From: Vicinamibacteria bacterium
Lineage (GTDB): Bacteria; Acidobacteriota; Vicinamibacteria; Marinacidobacterales; Marinacidobacteraceae
Assembly: GCA_963422395.1 (NCBI GenBank)
Contig: OY729431.1
Coordinates: 128,001-192,000 of the forward strand
Direction of reading: 5' to 3'
DNA length: 64,000 nt
Under the pieces are notes generated by a model. It was given only the letters and a program-made list of their open reading frames with translations. It was not told where the DNA came from and made no database searches. Below are positions 9,278 through 18,350 of the stretch, in pieces. A program made the translations under genes and the position numbers. Within the stretch, counting starts at the first letter, position 1. Every line of letters starts with the position of its first letter.

Positions 9278-10507
9278 TCAGCCGAAGTCGTCGAAGGCGA
9301 TGTTCTCCGGTTCCACCCCGAGGCCGTCCAGCATGTCGAGACAGGCCTTCAGCATCATCGGCGGTCCACAGAGGTAGTACTCGGCGTCTTCGGGATTCGA
9401 GTGGGTCTTCAGGTAGTCGTCGTGGAGGACCTGGTGGATGAAGCCGGTGGGCCCCTCCCAGCGGTCCTCGGGAAGCGGCTCGGAGAGGGCGAGCCTCCAC
9501 TCGAAATTGGGATGCTCGGCGGCGATCGCGTCGAAATCTTCTTGGTAGAAGGCTTCGCGCAGGCTCCGTGCTCCGTACCAGAAGGAGACCCGGCGCTTCG
9601 TCCGCAGCCGGCGGAACTGGTCGAAGATGTGGGAGCGCATCGGCGCCATCCCCGCGCCGCCGCCCACGAAGATCATTTCGTTGCCGGTCTCCTTGGCGAA
9701 GAACTCGCCGAAGGGTCCCGAGATCGTCACCTCGTCGCCGGGTTTCAGGCTGAACAGGTAGGAGGTCATCTTGCCGGGCGGGACCTCGGGCATTCGGGGC
9801 GGCGGCGAGGCGATCCGCACATTCAGCAGGATCACTCCCCGCTCCTCGGGGTAGTTCGCCATCGAGTAGGCGCGGACGACCTCCTCGCCCTCGGCCACCG
9901 TGGAGGTGTAGCGCCACATGCCGAAGCGGTCCCAGTCGTCCCGGTATCCCGCCTCGATGTCGAAGTCCCGATAGCGCACCTCGCCGGGGGGGCACTCGAT
10001 CTGGATGTAGCCGCCCGCCCGGAAGGGGACCGCCTCTCCGGGGGGCAGTTCCAGCACCAGCTCCTTGATGAAGGTCGCCACATTGTGGTTGGAGCGGACC
10101 CGGCACTTCCATTGCCGTACCCCGAAAAGCTCGGGCGGGATCTCGATCCGCAGGTCCTGCTTCACCCGAACCTGGCAGGAGAGCCGGACTCCCTCGCGCT
10201 CCTCGCCGCGGCTCAGGTGGCTGCGCTCGGTCGGGATCACCGCGCCCCCGCCCTCGAGGACCCGCAGGGTGCAGACGCCGCAGCTCCCCTTCCCGCCGCA
10301 GGCGGAGGGAACGAAGAGCCGGTTCGCCGCCAGCGCGCCGAGCAGGGTGCCCCCCGCTGGGGTGCACAGGTCCCGCTCGGGATCGTCGTTGATCCGGATG
10401 ATGACCTCTCCGGTGGCCACGAGGCGCTTCCGCGCGTAGAGAAGGATCACCACCAGCGCCAGGATGACCCCGGAGAAGCCGGCGACGCCGAGCAGGATGG
10501 TGCTCAC
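9278..10507 (-). CDS. nqrF: Na+-translocating NADH:quinone reductase subunit F
   Basis: 2Fe-2S motif [36 protein letters not shown]-terminal FDDFG. Confidence 0.97.
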   Translation of the reverse strand: MSTILLGVAGFSGVILALVVILLYARKRLVATGEVIIRINDDPERDLCTPAGGTLLGALAANRLFVPSACGGKGSCGVCTLRVLEGGGAVIPTERSHLSRGEEREGVRLSCQVRVKQDLRIEIPPELFGVRQWKCRVRSNHNVATFIKELVLELPPGEAVPFRAGGYIQIECPPGEVRYRDFDIEAGYRDDWDRFGMWRYTSTVAEGEEVVRAYSMANYPEERGVILLNVRIASPPPRMPEVPPGKMTSYLFSLKPGDEVTISGPFGEFFAKETGNEMIFVGGGAGMAPMRSHIFDQFRRLRTKRRVSFWYGARSLREAFYQEDFDAIAAEHPNFEWRLALSEPLPEDRWEGPTGFIHQVLHDDYLKTHSNPEDAEYYLCGPPMMLKACLDMLDGLGVEPENIAFDDFG

Positions 10508-10516
10508 GCGCGGGCC

Positions 10517-11134
10517 CTACAGCTGGATGCCGCCGAAAGCCATGAAGCCGATCGCCATCAGCCCGGTGAGCAGGAAGGTGATGCCGAGCCCCCGCAATCC
10601 GGCCGGGATTCGGTGGTAGCGGAGCCGCTCGCGGATGCCGGCGAGCGCGGCGATGGCGAGCGCCCAGCCGAGCCCGGAGCCGAAGCCGAACACCGCCGAC
10701 TCGGAGAGGCTGAGTCCGCGCTCCACCATCAGCAGCGAGGCGCCGAGGATGGCGCAGTTCACTGCGATGAGCGGCAAGAACACCCCGAGGGCGGCATGGA
10801 GGCCCGGGAAGTAGCGATCCAGCGCCATCTCCACCACCTGTACGGTGGCCGCGATCGTGCCGATGAAGGTCAGAAAACGGAGGAACGAAAGATCCTGCCC
10901 GGCGAGTGCGGCGTGCGCCCAGCCGAGCGCCCCCGGGCGGAGCAGAAAGTCGTTGATCGCGTGGTTCAGCGGAACGGTCACCGAGAGCACGAAGATCACC
11001 GCCGCCCCGAGCCCGATGGCGGTGCTCACCCGCTTCGACACCGCGAGGAAGGAGCACATCCCGAGGAAGAAGGTGAGCGCCATGTTCTCGACGAAAATCG
11101 CCCGGACGGCGAGGTTCAGATAGTTCTCGAACAT
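10517..11134 (-). CDS. nqrE: Na+-NQR subunit E
   Basis: [31 protein letters not shown]. Confidence 0.96.
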   Translation of the reverse strand: MFENYLNLAVRAIFVENMALTFFLGMCSFLAVSKRVSTAIGLGAAVIFVLSVTVPLNHAINDFLLRPGALGWAHAALAGQDLSFLRFLTFIGTIAATVQVVEMALDRYFPGLHAALGVFLPLIAVNCAILGASLLMVERGLSLSESAVFGFGSGLGWALAIAALAGIRERLRYHRIPAGLRGLGITFLLTGLMAIGFMAFGGIQL

Positions 11135-11760
11135 CAGTCCGCCTCGTTCTGTTCGGGACGGAAGGTCCGCAGGATCCAGATCAGGAAGCCGATGACGAAG
11201 AAGGCTCCCGGCGAGAGGCTCATCAGCCCGTTCGGGGTGAACCAGCCGCCCTCGGAGGCCAGCGGCAGCACCGGAATGCCCCAGAACTCGCCGGCGCCGA
11301 GGATCTCGCGGACGGCGCCGGTGACCAGCAGGAGCGCCGCGTAGCCCAGCCCGTTCCCGATCCCGTCGAGCAGGCTGCGGAGCGGCGGGTTCTGCATCGC
11401 GAACGCCTCCGCCCGGCCCATGATGATGCAGTTCGTGATGATGAGACCCACGAAGACGCTGAGCTGCCTCGAGATCTCATAGACGTACGCTTTGAGGATC
11501 TGGTCGGTGACGATGACCAGCGAAGCGATGATCGTGAGCTGGACGATGATGCGGATGCTCGTCGGAATCCGGTTTCGCAGCAGGCTGACCGACAGGTTGG
11601 AGAGCGCGGTCACCGCCACCACCGCGGCGCTCATCACCACCGAGGTCTGCATTCCGGTGGTCACCGCGAGTGCCGAACAGATGCCGAGCACCTGGAGCGC
11701 GATCGGGTTGTTGTGAATCAGCGGGTCCATCAGGACCCGCCGCGCCCGCGCCTCAGCCAC
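11134..11760 (-). CDS. nqrD: Na+-NQR subunit D
   Basis: [37 protein letters not shown]. Confidence 0.96.
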   Translation of the reverse strand: MAEARARRVLMDPLIHNNPIALQVLGICSALAVTTGMQTSVVMSAAVVAVTALSNLSVSLLRNRIPTSIRIIVQLTIIASLVIVTDQILKAYVYEISRQLSVFVGLIITNCIIMGRAEAFAMQNPPLRSLLDGIGNGLGYAALLLVTGAVREILGAGEFWGIPVLPLASEGGWFTPNGLMSLSPGAFFVIGFLIWILRTFRPEQNEAD

Positions 11761-12538
11761 CCGTCCTCGCCCGTCCTTCGCCGAGCCGCTCCAGCAGGGG
11801 GCCGAAGCCGTTCTCGGCGAGCCAGAAGCGGAGGAGGTTCGTCACTCCTCGGCTGGTCATGGTGGCCCCGGAGAGCCCGTCCACCCGGTGCGGATCCTCG
11901 CCGGGCGGGCCGGCGGCGGCGCGCGCGACCTCGATCACCGGCTCCCGCGAGCCGCTTCGGAACACCCGCCGTCCCGGCCAGAGCGCCTTCCACGCCGGGT
12001 TATCCACTTCGCCGCCGAGGCCCGGGGTCTCCTTGTGCTCGTAGAAGGTGAGCCCCCGTACCGTGTCGAGGTCTGCCTCGAGCGCGAGGAAGCCGTGGAG
12101 GACCGACCAGAGCCCCTGCCCCCGGACCGGGAGCACCACCGCGTCGAGCTCGTCTGCTGCTTCCACCAGATAGACCACGGAGCGTTTTTCCACCCGCCGC
12201 ACCCGTGCCGGGTTCTCCTCCACCGGACGCGAGCTGTCGGGGATTCCCGCTTCCACGAGTGGATGCACGCTCGCGGGGTCCACTTCCGGGAGTTCGGCGC
12301 CGGTCGAAAGATCCACCACGACCGCGCGCACCCCGGAGAAGCGCTCCGTCATCGCCGCCTCGGAGAGATCCTCCCCCGGTTCGGCGAGCCCGGCAGCGAA
12401 AAGGACATTCCGCCGCCGCTCCCGCTCGGCGTTCTGCTCCTGGAGGGAGCGGAGAGCCACCGCCGACCCCGAGACCAGCACCGCACAGACGAGGCAGACG
12501 AGCGCCGCGAAACCCAGGATGTATCGGGCAGTGTTCAC
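11753..12538 (-). CDS. nqrC: Na+-NQR subunit C
   Basis: GTG 12538 ([10 protein letters not shown]); [18 protein letters not shown]-binding [13 protein letters not shown]. Confidence 0.93.
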   Translation of the reverse strand: MNTARYILGFAALVCLVCAVLVSGSAVALRSLQEQNAERERRRNVLFAAGLAEPGEDLSEAAMTERFSGVRAVVVDLSTGAELPEVDPASVHPLVEAGIPDSSRPVEENPARVRRVEKRSVVYLVEAADELDAVVLPVRGQGLWSVLHGFLALEADLDTVRGLTFYEHKETPGLGGEVDNPAWKALWPGRRVFRSGSREPVIEVARAAAGPPGEDPHRVDGLSGATMTSRGVTNLLRFWLAENGFGPLLERLGEGRARTGG

Positions 12539-12649
12539 GAAAGGGCGGGGAATTCTAGTGCTCCCCCGCGAAGCCCGGCGCTGCGGCCCGGCCGGCTGCC
12601 GACCCTTTTCCCGCGTTCCGATTCTCGCCGGCCTTTTGGAGATCCGTAA

Positions 12650-12679
12650 AGTAAGGCAAATGATATTATAGTAAGGCAA
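12650..12679 (+). promoter_or_regulatory. Putative TA promoter/operator
   Basis: AGTAAGGCAA direct repeats at 12650-12659 and 12670-12679 bracket a -10-like TATTAT (12664-12669) in an AT-rich patch. Confidence 0.6.
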
Positions 12680-12692
12680 TCAGAAGATCGAC

Positions 12693-12926
12693 ATGATCGA
12701 ATCCACGATTACGGCGCGCGGACAGACGACGGTGCCGAAGCCGGTGCGGAATGCTCTGGGTCTGGGACCGGGAGACCGCATCCGATACGCCATCGAAGAC
12801 GGGGTGGTCCGCATCCGTCCGCTGCGGTCCATCGAGAGCTTGCGCGGCATCGTGAAGCGTCGGGGCGCCGCCGTGTCGCTCGATGCCATGGACCGCGCCA
12901 TCGCCGAGTCCGCCGCCGAGTCTTGA
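12693..12926 (+). CDS. AbrB/MazE/SpoVT-family antitoxin
   Basis: STITARGQTTVPKPVRNALGLGPGDRIRY. Confidence 0.9.
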   Translation: MIESTITARGQTTVPKPVRNALGLGPGDRIRYAIEDGVVRIRPLRSIESLRGIVKRRGAAVSLDAMDRAIAESAAES

Positions 12927-13336
12927 TCGCACTCGACACGAATGTTCTCGTCCGCTACCTGACCGGCGACGAACCAGAGCAGGCGGCGGCCGCTGGCGTC
13001 CTGCTCGCCGGTCTCGACGATCGGGAGCCGGGGTTCGTTCCCCGCGAAGTGACGGTCGAGCTCGTCTGGGTTTTGAGCCGTAGCTACCACCTCGGGCGCG
13101 AACCGATCGCGGAGGTTCTCGAGAAGCTGCTGGCCACCCGCGGCCTCGTCTTGGAGAACGCCGCGGATGTGGGCCGCGCCGCGGCGGCCTACCGGCGGGG
13201 AGGCCCCGAGTTTGCGGACTGGATGATCCTGCTCGCTGCCGAGCGCGAAGGCGCCCTCCCGTTGTTCACCTTCGACCGGCGGGTCGCTCTGCTGCCCGGC
13301 GCGTCCCTGGTCTCTGCCCCGAGGGATTCCTGTTAG
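12923..13336 (+). CDS. vapC: PIN-domain VapC-family toxin
   Basis: IALDTNVLVRYL, ELVWVL, FADWMI and TFDR motifs; overlaps the antitoxin stop. Confidence 0.9.
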   Translation: MIALDTNVLVRYLTGDEPEQAAAAGVLLAGLDDREPGFVPREVTVELVWVLSRSYHLGREPIAEVLEKLLATRGLVLENAADVGRAAAAYRRGGPEFADWMILLAAEREGALPLFTFDRRVALLPGASLVSAPRDSC

Positions 13337-13412
13337 CAGCCTCCGCGCGCTCCCCCACCGGGAGAACAGGACCGCTCTTGGGGCTCGCACCACTTTATCC
13401 ACAGGCGGCGAG
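13333..13412. mobile_element. MITE-like element, short internally deleted copy
   Basis: Starts ttagcagcct; contains cccccaccgggagaac and cttggggctcgcaccactttatccacag shared with the 6921 copy. Confidence 0.65.
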
Positions 13413-13435
13413 CAGTTTCCGTCCGCCGCCGCTGG

Positions 13436-14698
13436 TTACCTGCCGGGGGCGGCGGCCGCGATCCGGGAGGCGCGGAGTCTTCGGCGCCGCAGGTTCGCCC
13501 GCAGCGCGAAGTGGTCCAGGAGCGGGGCGAACACATTCATCAGCAGGATCGAGAGCATCATCCCCTCGGGGTAGGCGGGGTTCACCACTCGGATCAGCAC
13601 CACCAGCACCCCGATGAGGAACCCATACCCCATGCGGGCGCCGTTCGTCGACGGCGCGGTCACCGGTTCGGTGGCCATGAAGACGGCCCCGAAGGCCCAG
13701 CCCCCCAGCAGGTAGTGCCACCAGAAGGGCACGGCGAAGAAGGGGTTGGTGTCCGAGCCGAGGAGGTTGAGGCCGAGAGCCATCACCAGCGTTCCCGCTG
13801 CTGCCGCCAGCATGATGCGGAGCGAGCCGATCCCGGTGGCCACCAGCACCACCGCCCCGAAGAGGCAGGCGAGCACCGAGGTCTCCCCCATCGAGCCGGG
13901 GACCAGGCCGAGGAAGGCGTCCCAGGCCGAAACCGGTGCCCCGCTCGCCGGGTGGAAGGGCTCGGCGAGCGCCTCCGGTCCGGCGAGGCTCAGCCGCGCC
14001 AGCCAGGTGGCCCCGCTCACCGCGTCGGGGCTCGTGTCGGCGGCGATCCAGATGCGGTCCCCGCTCATTTCCGCCGGGTAGGCGAAGAACAGGAAGGCGC
14101 GGGCGGTGAGCGCCGGATTCAGGATGTTGAAGCCGCTTCCGCCGAAGATCTCCTTGCCGACCACCACCCCGAAGCTGATCCCGAGTGCTACCTGCCACAG
14201 CGGAACCGTCGGCGGCAGGATCAGCGGGAAGAGCATCCCGGTCACCAGGAAGCCCTCGCTGACCTCGTGGCGGCGGACTACCGCGAACAGCATCTCCCAG
14301 GCGCCGCCCACTGCGAAGGTGACGATCAGCACCGGCAGGTACCAGAGGCCGCCGTGGACCACTGCGGCGAGCACGCTTTCGGGCGAGAAGCCGACGCCCA
14401 GGGCCTCGAGAAGCGCGCTCCGCCAGCCGGGGAGCGGCGCCGCGCCGTGGGAGATCGCCAGGTTCGACTGCAGCCCGGTGTTGTAGAACGCCATCGCCAC
14501 CGTTCCGGCGAGTGCGGCGACGACGACGAACATCAGCCGCTTCATGTCGAGGCGGTCGCGGGCGTGCGCCGGCCCGGCGGTGGTCTTGCCCGGGGTGTAG
14601 AGAAAGGTGTCCGGTGCGTCCCAGAGCGGCCACAGGCGTTCGAGTCGGCCGCCCGGTCCGAAAGGGGCCCCCAGGCGGTCGAGCAGCGGGCGGAGCAC
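13436..14698 (-). CDS. nqrB: Na+-NQR subunit B
   Basis: DMKRLM, KEIFGGSGFNILNPAL, FMN site DAVSGAT, FMATEPVT, AYPEGMMLSIL. Confidence 0.96.
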   Translation of the reverse strand: MLRPLLDRLGAPFGPGGRLERLWPLWDAPDTFLYTPGKTTAGPAHARDRLDMKRLMFVVVAALAGTVAMAFYNTGLQSNLAISHGAAPLPGWRSALLEALGVGFSPESVLAAVVHGGLWYLPVLIVTFAVGGAWEMLFAVVRRHEVSEGFLVTGMLFPLILPPTVPLWQVALGISFGVVVGKEIFGGSGFNILNPALTARAFLFFAYPAEMSGDRIWIAADTSPDAVSGATWLARLSLAGPEALAEPFHPASGAPVSAWDAFLGLVPGSMGETSVLACLFGAVVLVATGIGSLRIMLAAAAGTLVMALGLNLLGSDTNPFFAVPFWWHYLLGGWAFGAVFMATEPVTAPSTNGARMGYGFLIGVLVVLIRVVNPAYPEGMMLSILLMNVFAPLLDHFALRANLRRRRLRASRIAAAAPGR

Positions 14699-14704
14699 CG
14701 GGCG

Positions 14705-16117
14705 TTACCCCGCTTTCTCGAGGTCGTCGAGCACTCGCCGGAGTGCGGGGGCGTAGTCGTTCTTGGCCGGACAGACGAAAGTGAGGAGGCCGAGGTCTTC
14801 CTCGACGAGTTCGAGGGCGCCGAGCTCCTCCGCCCGCTCGAGGTCCTCCATGAGCAGCGCGCGGAGCAGCATCACCGGAGGGATGTCGAAGGCCATCACC
14901 CGCTCGTAGGCGGCAGTGGGCACGATCGCCCGCCGCGATCCGTTCGCGTTCGTGGTGAGTCGAAACGGGCGGCGGGGCAGCATCGCCGAAAGGAAGGCGC
15001 GGCTCGCCGAGAGAACGGCCGTTCCCGGTGCGAGCCAGCCGAGCAGCCGTCGGCGCCGATCCTCCTCGAGCACCGTTACCTGCCGGTGGTAGCGGCCCAG
15101 GTAGCCCCGCTCTTCCCCGGCGGCGGTCCGGCCGGAAAGGAGCGATCCCGAGAGGACCCGTAACTCGGCGACGGCGCTCCCTGGAGGATCGGCGGGCGAA
15201 TCGGCGGTGAGGCCGGGGGCGGCGAGCTCTTCGGCGGCGGCGCCCAGCGGCACTCTGAAGAGCCCTGGCCGCCGGACCGGGGGCCCGCCGAGCGAGACGG
15301 TCCGGAACGGGTCTCCGGCGCCGGTTCGGAAAAGCCTGCCGATGGAAGCGAGGTCCTGGGCGTCGAGGTGCCACGCCTCCTGGCCGCGTTCCACGGGAGC
15401 GAGCCGATGGATGTGGAGCCCGGCGGTCCCGGCGGGGTGCGGCCCGGAGAACTCCTCGTGGCGCACCTGTCCTCCCGCCGCCGCCGGGAGCCTCCGACCG
15501 GGGCGCGAGCAGATGAAGACCGGGCCTGCGGTGAGACGGGAGACGGCGGCGAGTCCCCAGCCGAGGTCGGTTGCACGCCCGGCCACCGCCGCCACCGGGT
15601 CGGGCGCGAGCGGCGCGGTGTCGGCGGCGGTGACGAAGATGGCCTGGGGGCGGCGTTCCGGGTGCGCCACTCGGCCGAAGGGTCGGGTGCGGATGGCGGT
15701 CCATTCGCCGGATTCGAGCAGGAGGTCCCGCACGGCGTCGTCGGCGAGCCCCTCGGGGTGGCGGCCCGTCCAGGCTCCCGGAGCGCGTCCCGATCCGGTC
15801 TGCCCGGCTCGCTCTCCGGCGCTCGGTTCGATGACGAGCGACACGAAGGCGCGCCGCTCCCCCCGGTGCACTGCGGCGACCCGCCCATCGAGCGGGGCGG
15901 TGAATCGAACGCCGGCGGCCTTCTTGTCCTCGAACAGAACCGACCCGCGCGAAACCGAATCGCCGGCCTGGACCCGCATCGTGGGCCGCATCCCCGGATA
16001 GTCGGCGCCGAGGAGGGCGATCCGGGACGGGATCCGGAGCTCCGCCGCCCGCCCGTCTTGCAGGGGTGCCCCCGCCAAGGGGATGTCGAACCCGCGCCGA
16101 ACGAAGTGGAGGCTCAA
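14705..16117 (-). CDS. nqrA: Na+-NQR subunit A
   Basis: GFDIPLAGAP, LFEDKK, RTRPF, GPHPAG, LELVEEDLGLLTFVCPAK. Confidence 0.95.
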   Translation of the reverse strand: MSLHFVRRGFDIPLAGAPLQDGRAAELRIPSRIALLGADYPGMRPTMRVQAGDSVSRGSVLFEDKKAAGVRFTAPLDGRVAAVHRGERRAFVSLVIEPSAGERAGQTGSGRAPGAWTGRHPEGLADDAVRDLLLESGEWTAIRTRPFGRVAHPERRPQAIFVTAADTAPLAPDPVAAVAGRATDLGWGLAAVSRLTAGPVFICSRPGRRLPAAAGGQVRHEEFSGPHPAGTAGLHIHRLAPVERGQEAWHLDAQDLASIGRLFRTGAGDPFRTVSLGGPPVRRPGLFRVPLGAAAEELAAPGLTADSPADPPGSAVAELRVLSGSLLSGRTAAGEERGYLGRYHRQVTVLEEDRRRRLLGWLAPGTAVLSASRAFLSAMLPRRPFRLTTNANGSRRAIVPTAAYERVMAFDIPPVMLLRALLMEDLERAEELGALELVEEDLGLLTFVCPAKNDYAPALRRVLDDLEKAG

Positions 16118-16356
16118 CGGAACGAAATGTTCGGGAATAGATGGGGACCAGCGAACCGCGGGCGAACAGCAGGCGTCTGGATCAGGCCGGAGCCGCGCAT
16201 CATCCGTCCTTCAGGGGATTTCGGAAATGTTCGCACACCAACCCCTTCGAACCCGCCTCTGAGCCTCCGTGAACGGTGGAGCATGAGGACTCTCCCGAGC
16301 CCGTGCTTTCCCGAATCTCACTTCGGGTGGTCGAGCAGTGATCCTGGTAGGCGGGG

Positions 16357-17490
16357 TCATGACGAGCCATCCTGATAATCCGATCGGGCCTCGGCGATCT
16401 CGATGAGCTTCGGGAAATACAGGATCGCAGGGCGGCGGCCTCGCTGCGGCCGGAGCTCCCGGAGCATTCCACGAATCCTGAGAACCCGCAGGATGCGCAG
16501 CGCTGTCGACTTCGGGATTCCGGACCTGGTGGAAAAATCCGAAGTCCGAAATACGGGATGACGGAAGATGGAGTCCAGAGCCCGCACGCCATGTTGCGAC
16601 CGGGTGACCGTGGCGATCCAGACCTTTCGCTCGCTGTAGAGCGCCAGAATCCGTCTCACCTTCTCCATGTTCGCAACGGCCTGTTTCTCGATCGCGGTCA
16701 GGAAGAACCGCAGCCAGGAGGCCCAGTCTGCGCCGCTCTGAGCGGCGAGCAGATTTCGGTAGTAGGAGTCGCGATGCCGTTCGAGGTACTCGCTCAGATA
16801 GAAGTCGGGCCGTTGCAACAGCCCCTTCGACACCAGGAAGAGCGGGATCATCAGGCGCCCCAGACGACCGTTGCCGTCGAGGAAGGGGTGGATCGCCTCG
16901 AACCAGGCGTGGACGACGGCGAGCTGTGCCAGCGCGTCTGGCGTTTCTTCGTGGAGATAGCGCTCCCAGGCGGTCATCGCGCCGCCGATATCCAGAACCG
17001 GGCAGGTCAGCAGCCTCGCGCTCGCAGGTGTGGAATTCGGCGGTCCGATCCAGTTCTCGACCCGGCGGTACTCGCCGGGGTCGGAAATCTCCCCTCGGAC
17101 GCCGCGCATCAGAGCCGCGTGGCCCGCGCGAATCACCCGCTGGGACAGCGGCAGCTGCTCCATCCGTCGAATCGCCTCATCGATCGCAAGGTGGTAGTTG
17201 AGGACTTCCCGGGTGTTTCCTCGTTCTCGGACGGTGTCGTTTCTCGCCTCGCTGTCGGCATCGAGCGCGAGGACTTCGCTGAGGGAAGACTGCATTCCCT
17301 CGATACGGCTGGAGAGCACTGCTTCCTGTGCCGACAGGGGCGACAGCAGAATGTCGGGGTTCGGCACACCGAACAGCATGCCTTCGTAGCTGGCGATCGC
17401 TCGTTGGGCGCGGCTGATGAACGGCAGCAACGCTTTCCAGTCGAGCGATTTCGGTGGAAACCGATCCGGACGGTAGCGGGGTGGACTCAT
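16357..17490 (-). CDS. Fic family protein (class II-like, C-terminal HTH)
   Basis: HPFLDGNGRLGR Fic motif; N-terminal SSRIEG inhibitory motif; start is ATG 17490 or GTG 17514. Confidence 0.9.
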   Translation of the reverse strand: MSPPRYRPDRFPPKSLDWKALLPFISRAQRAIASYEGMLFGVPNPDILLSPLSAQEAVLSSRIEGMQSSLSEVLALDADSEARNDTVRERGNTREVLNYHLAIDEAIRRMEQLPLSQRVIRAGHAALMRGVRGEISDPGEYRRVENWIGPPNSTPASARLLTCPVLDIGGAMTAWERYLHEETPDALAQLAVVHAWFEAIHPFLDGNGRLGRLMIPLFLVSKGLLQRPDFYLSEYLERHRDSYYRNLLAAQSGADWASWLRFFLTAIEKQAVANMEKVRRILALYSERKVWIATVTRSQHGVRALDSIFRHPVFRTSDFSTRSGIPKSTALRILRVLRIRGMLRELRPQRGRRPAILYFPKLIEIAEARSDYQDGSS

Positions 17491-17503
17491 CGCGGGCCGA
17501 AGA

Positions 17504-17575
17504 TTGTCGCTCACTTTTTACCGATTTGTGAGACTCGGGGCTTGTTGTCGCTCACTATTTGCTGTTTCGTGAGAC
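17504..17575. promoter_or_regulatory. Tandem palindromic operators upstream of fic
   Basis: Two copies of TTGTCGCTCAC-N13-GTGAGAC at 17504-17534 and 17545-17575. Confidence 0.6.
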
Positions 17576-17660
17576 ATCCGATTTCGGGTGCGGTCCGCCG
17601 CCTCCTATCTTGTCGATTCGTCCCGAGGGCCGATAATGACGGGTTCGCGCGCGCATCCTG

Positions 17661-18248
17661 ATGAGCGGTTACTTCGATCTACGGTCCGAGCTCTACCGGC
17701 GGGCCTTCGCTGCGGCGCTCCCGTACCCGGAGTACCGGGCTCTCGGGAACGGGCGCGAGCATGCCGCGTGGGGCCGCGCCGAAGCGGCGGTTCCGGCGCT
17801 CCCCGAAGACGCCGCCGCCCGGCTCGATCCGGCGGGGCGCGCGGTGAAGCTGCTGTGCCTGAGCGGTCTCTGGTGCGGGGACTGCGCGCGCTCGGTGCCG
17901 ATCCTCGCCCGGCTGGAAGAAGCGGCGGGGCCTTCGCTCGAGCTGCGGCTCCTGGACCGGGATGCCGTGCCGGAACTACGGGATGAGCTTCGCGTTCTGG
18001 GGGCGATGCGGGTTCCGGTAGCGCTTTTCCTGACTGAGGATCTCCACGAGATCGGACGCTTCGGCGACCGGCCGCTGAGCGTGTACCGGGGGAAGGCGGC
18101 GACCGAACTCGGGGCCGCCTGCCCGCTTCCGGGTGCGGCCGACGGAGGGGCGCTCGCCGCCGAGACCGCCGAATGGCTGGATGTCTTCGAGCGAATGATC
18201 CTGATGGCGCGTCTCGCGCCGCCGCTCCGGGCGCGTCATGGCGATTGA
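17661..18248 (+). CDS. Thioredoxin-family protein (Thioredoxin_9-like)
   Basis: WCGDC motif, RVP cis-Pro region. Confidence 0.85.
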   Translation: MSGYFDLRSELYRRAFAAALPYPEYRALGNGREHAAWGRAEAAVPALPEDAAARLDPAGRAVKLLCLSGLWCGDCARSVPILARLEEAAGPSLELRLLDRDAVPELRDELRVLGAMRVPVALFLTEDLHEIGRFGDRPLSVYRGKAATELGAACPLPGAADGGALAAETAEWLDVFERMILMARLAPPLRARHGD

Positions 18249-18350
18249 AATGACGATTGGATCGAGAGCGATGGGGCGAGAGGCGGACTTCCGGCTCCTG
18301 GATTCCGGTCCCGCCGGCCTCGGGCCGCCGCGCTTCGAAGAGGCCGGCTG

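Noticed and set aside
13331-13412. MITE copies as integron attC sites
   Set aside because: No RYYYAAC/GTTRRRY pair and no IntI; the ends fit IS-type inverted repeats better
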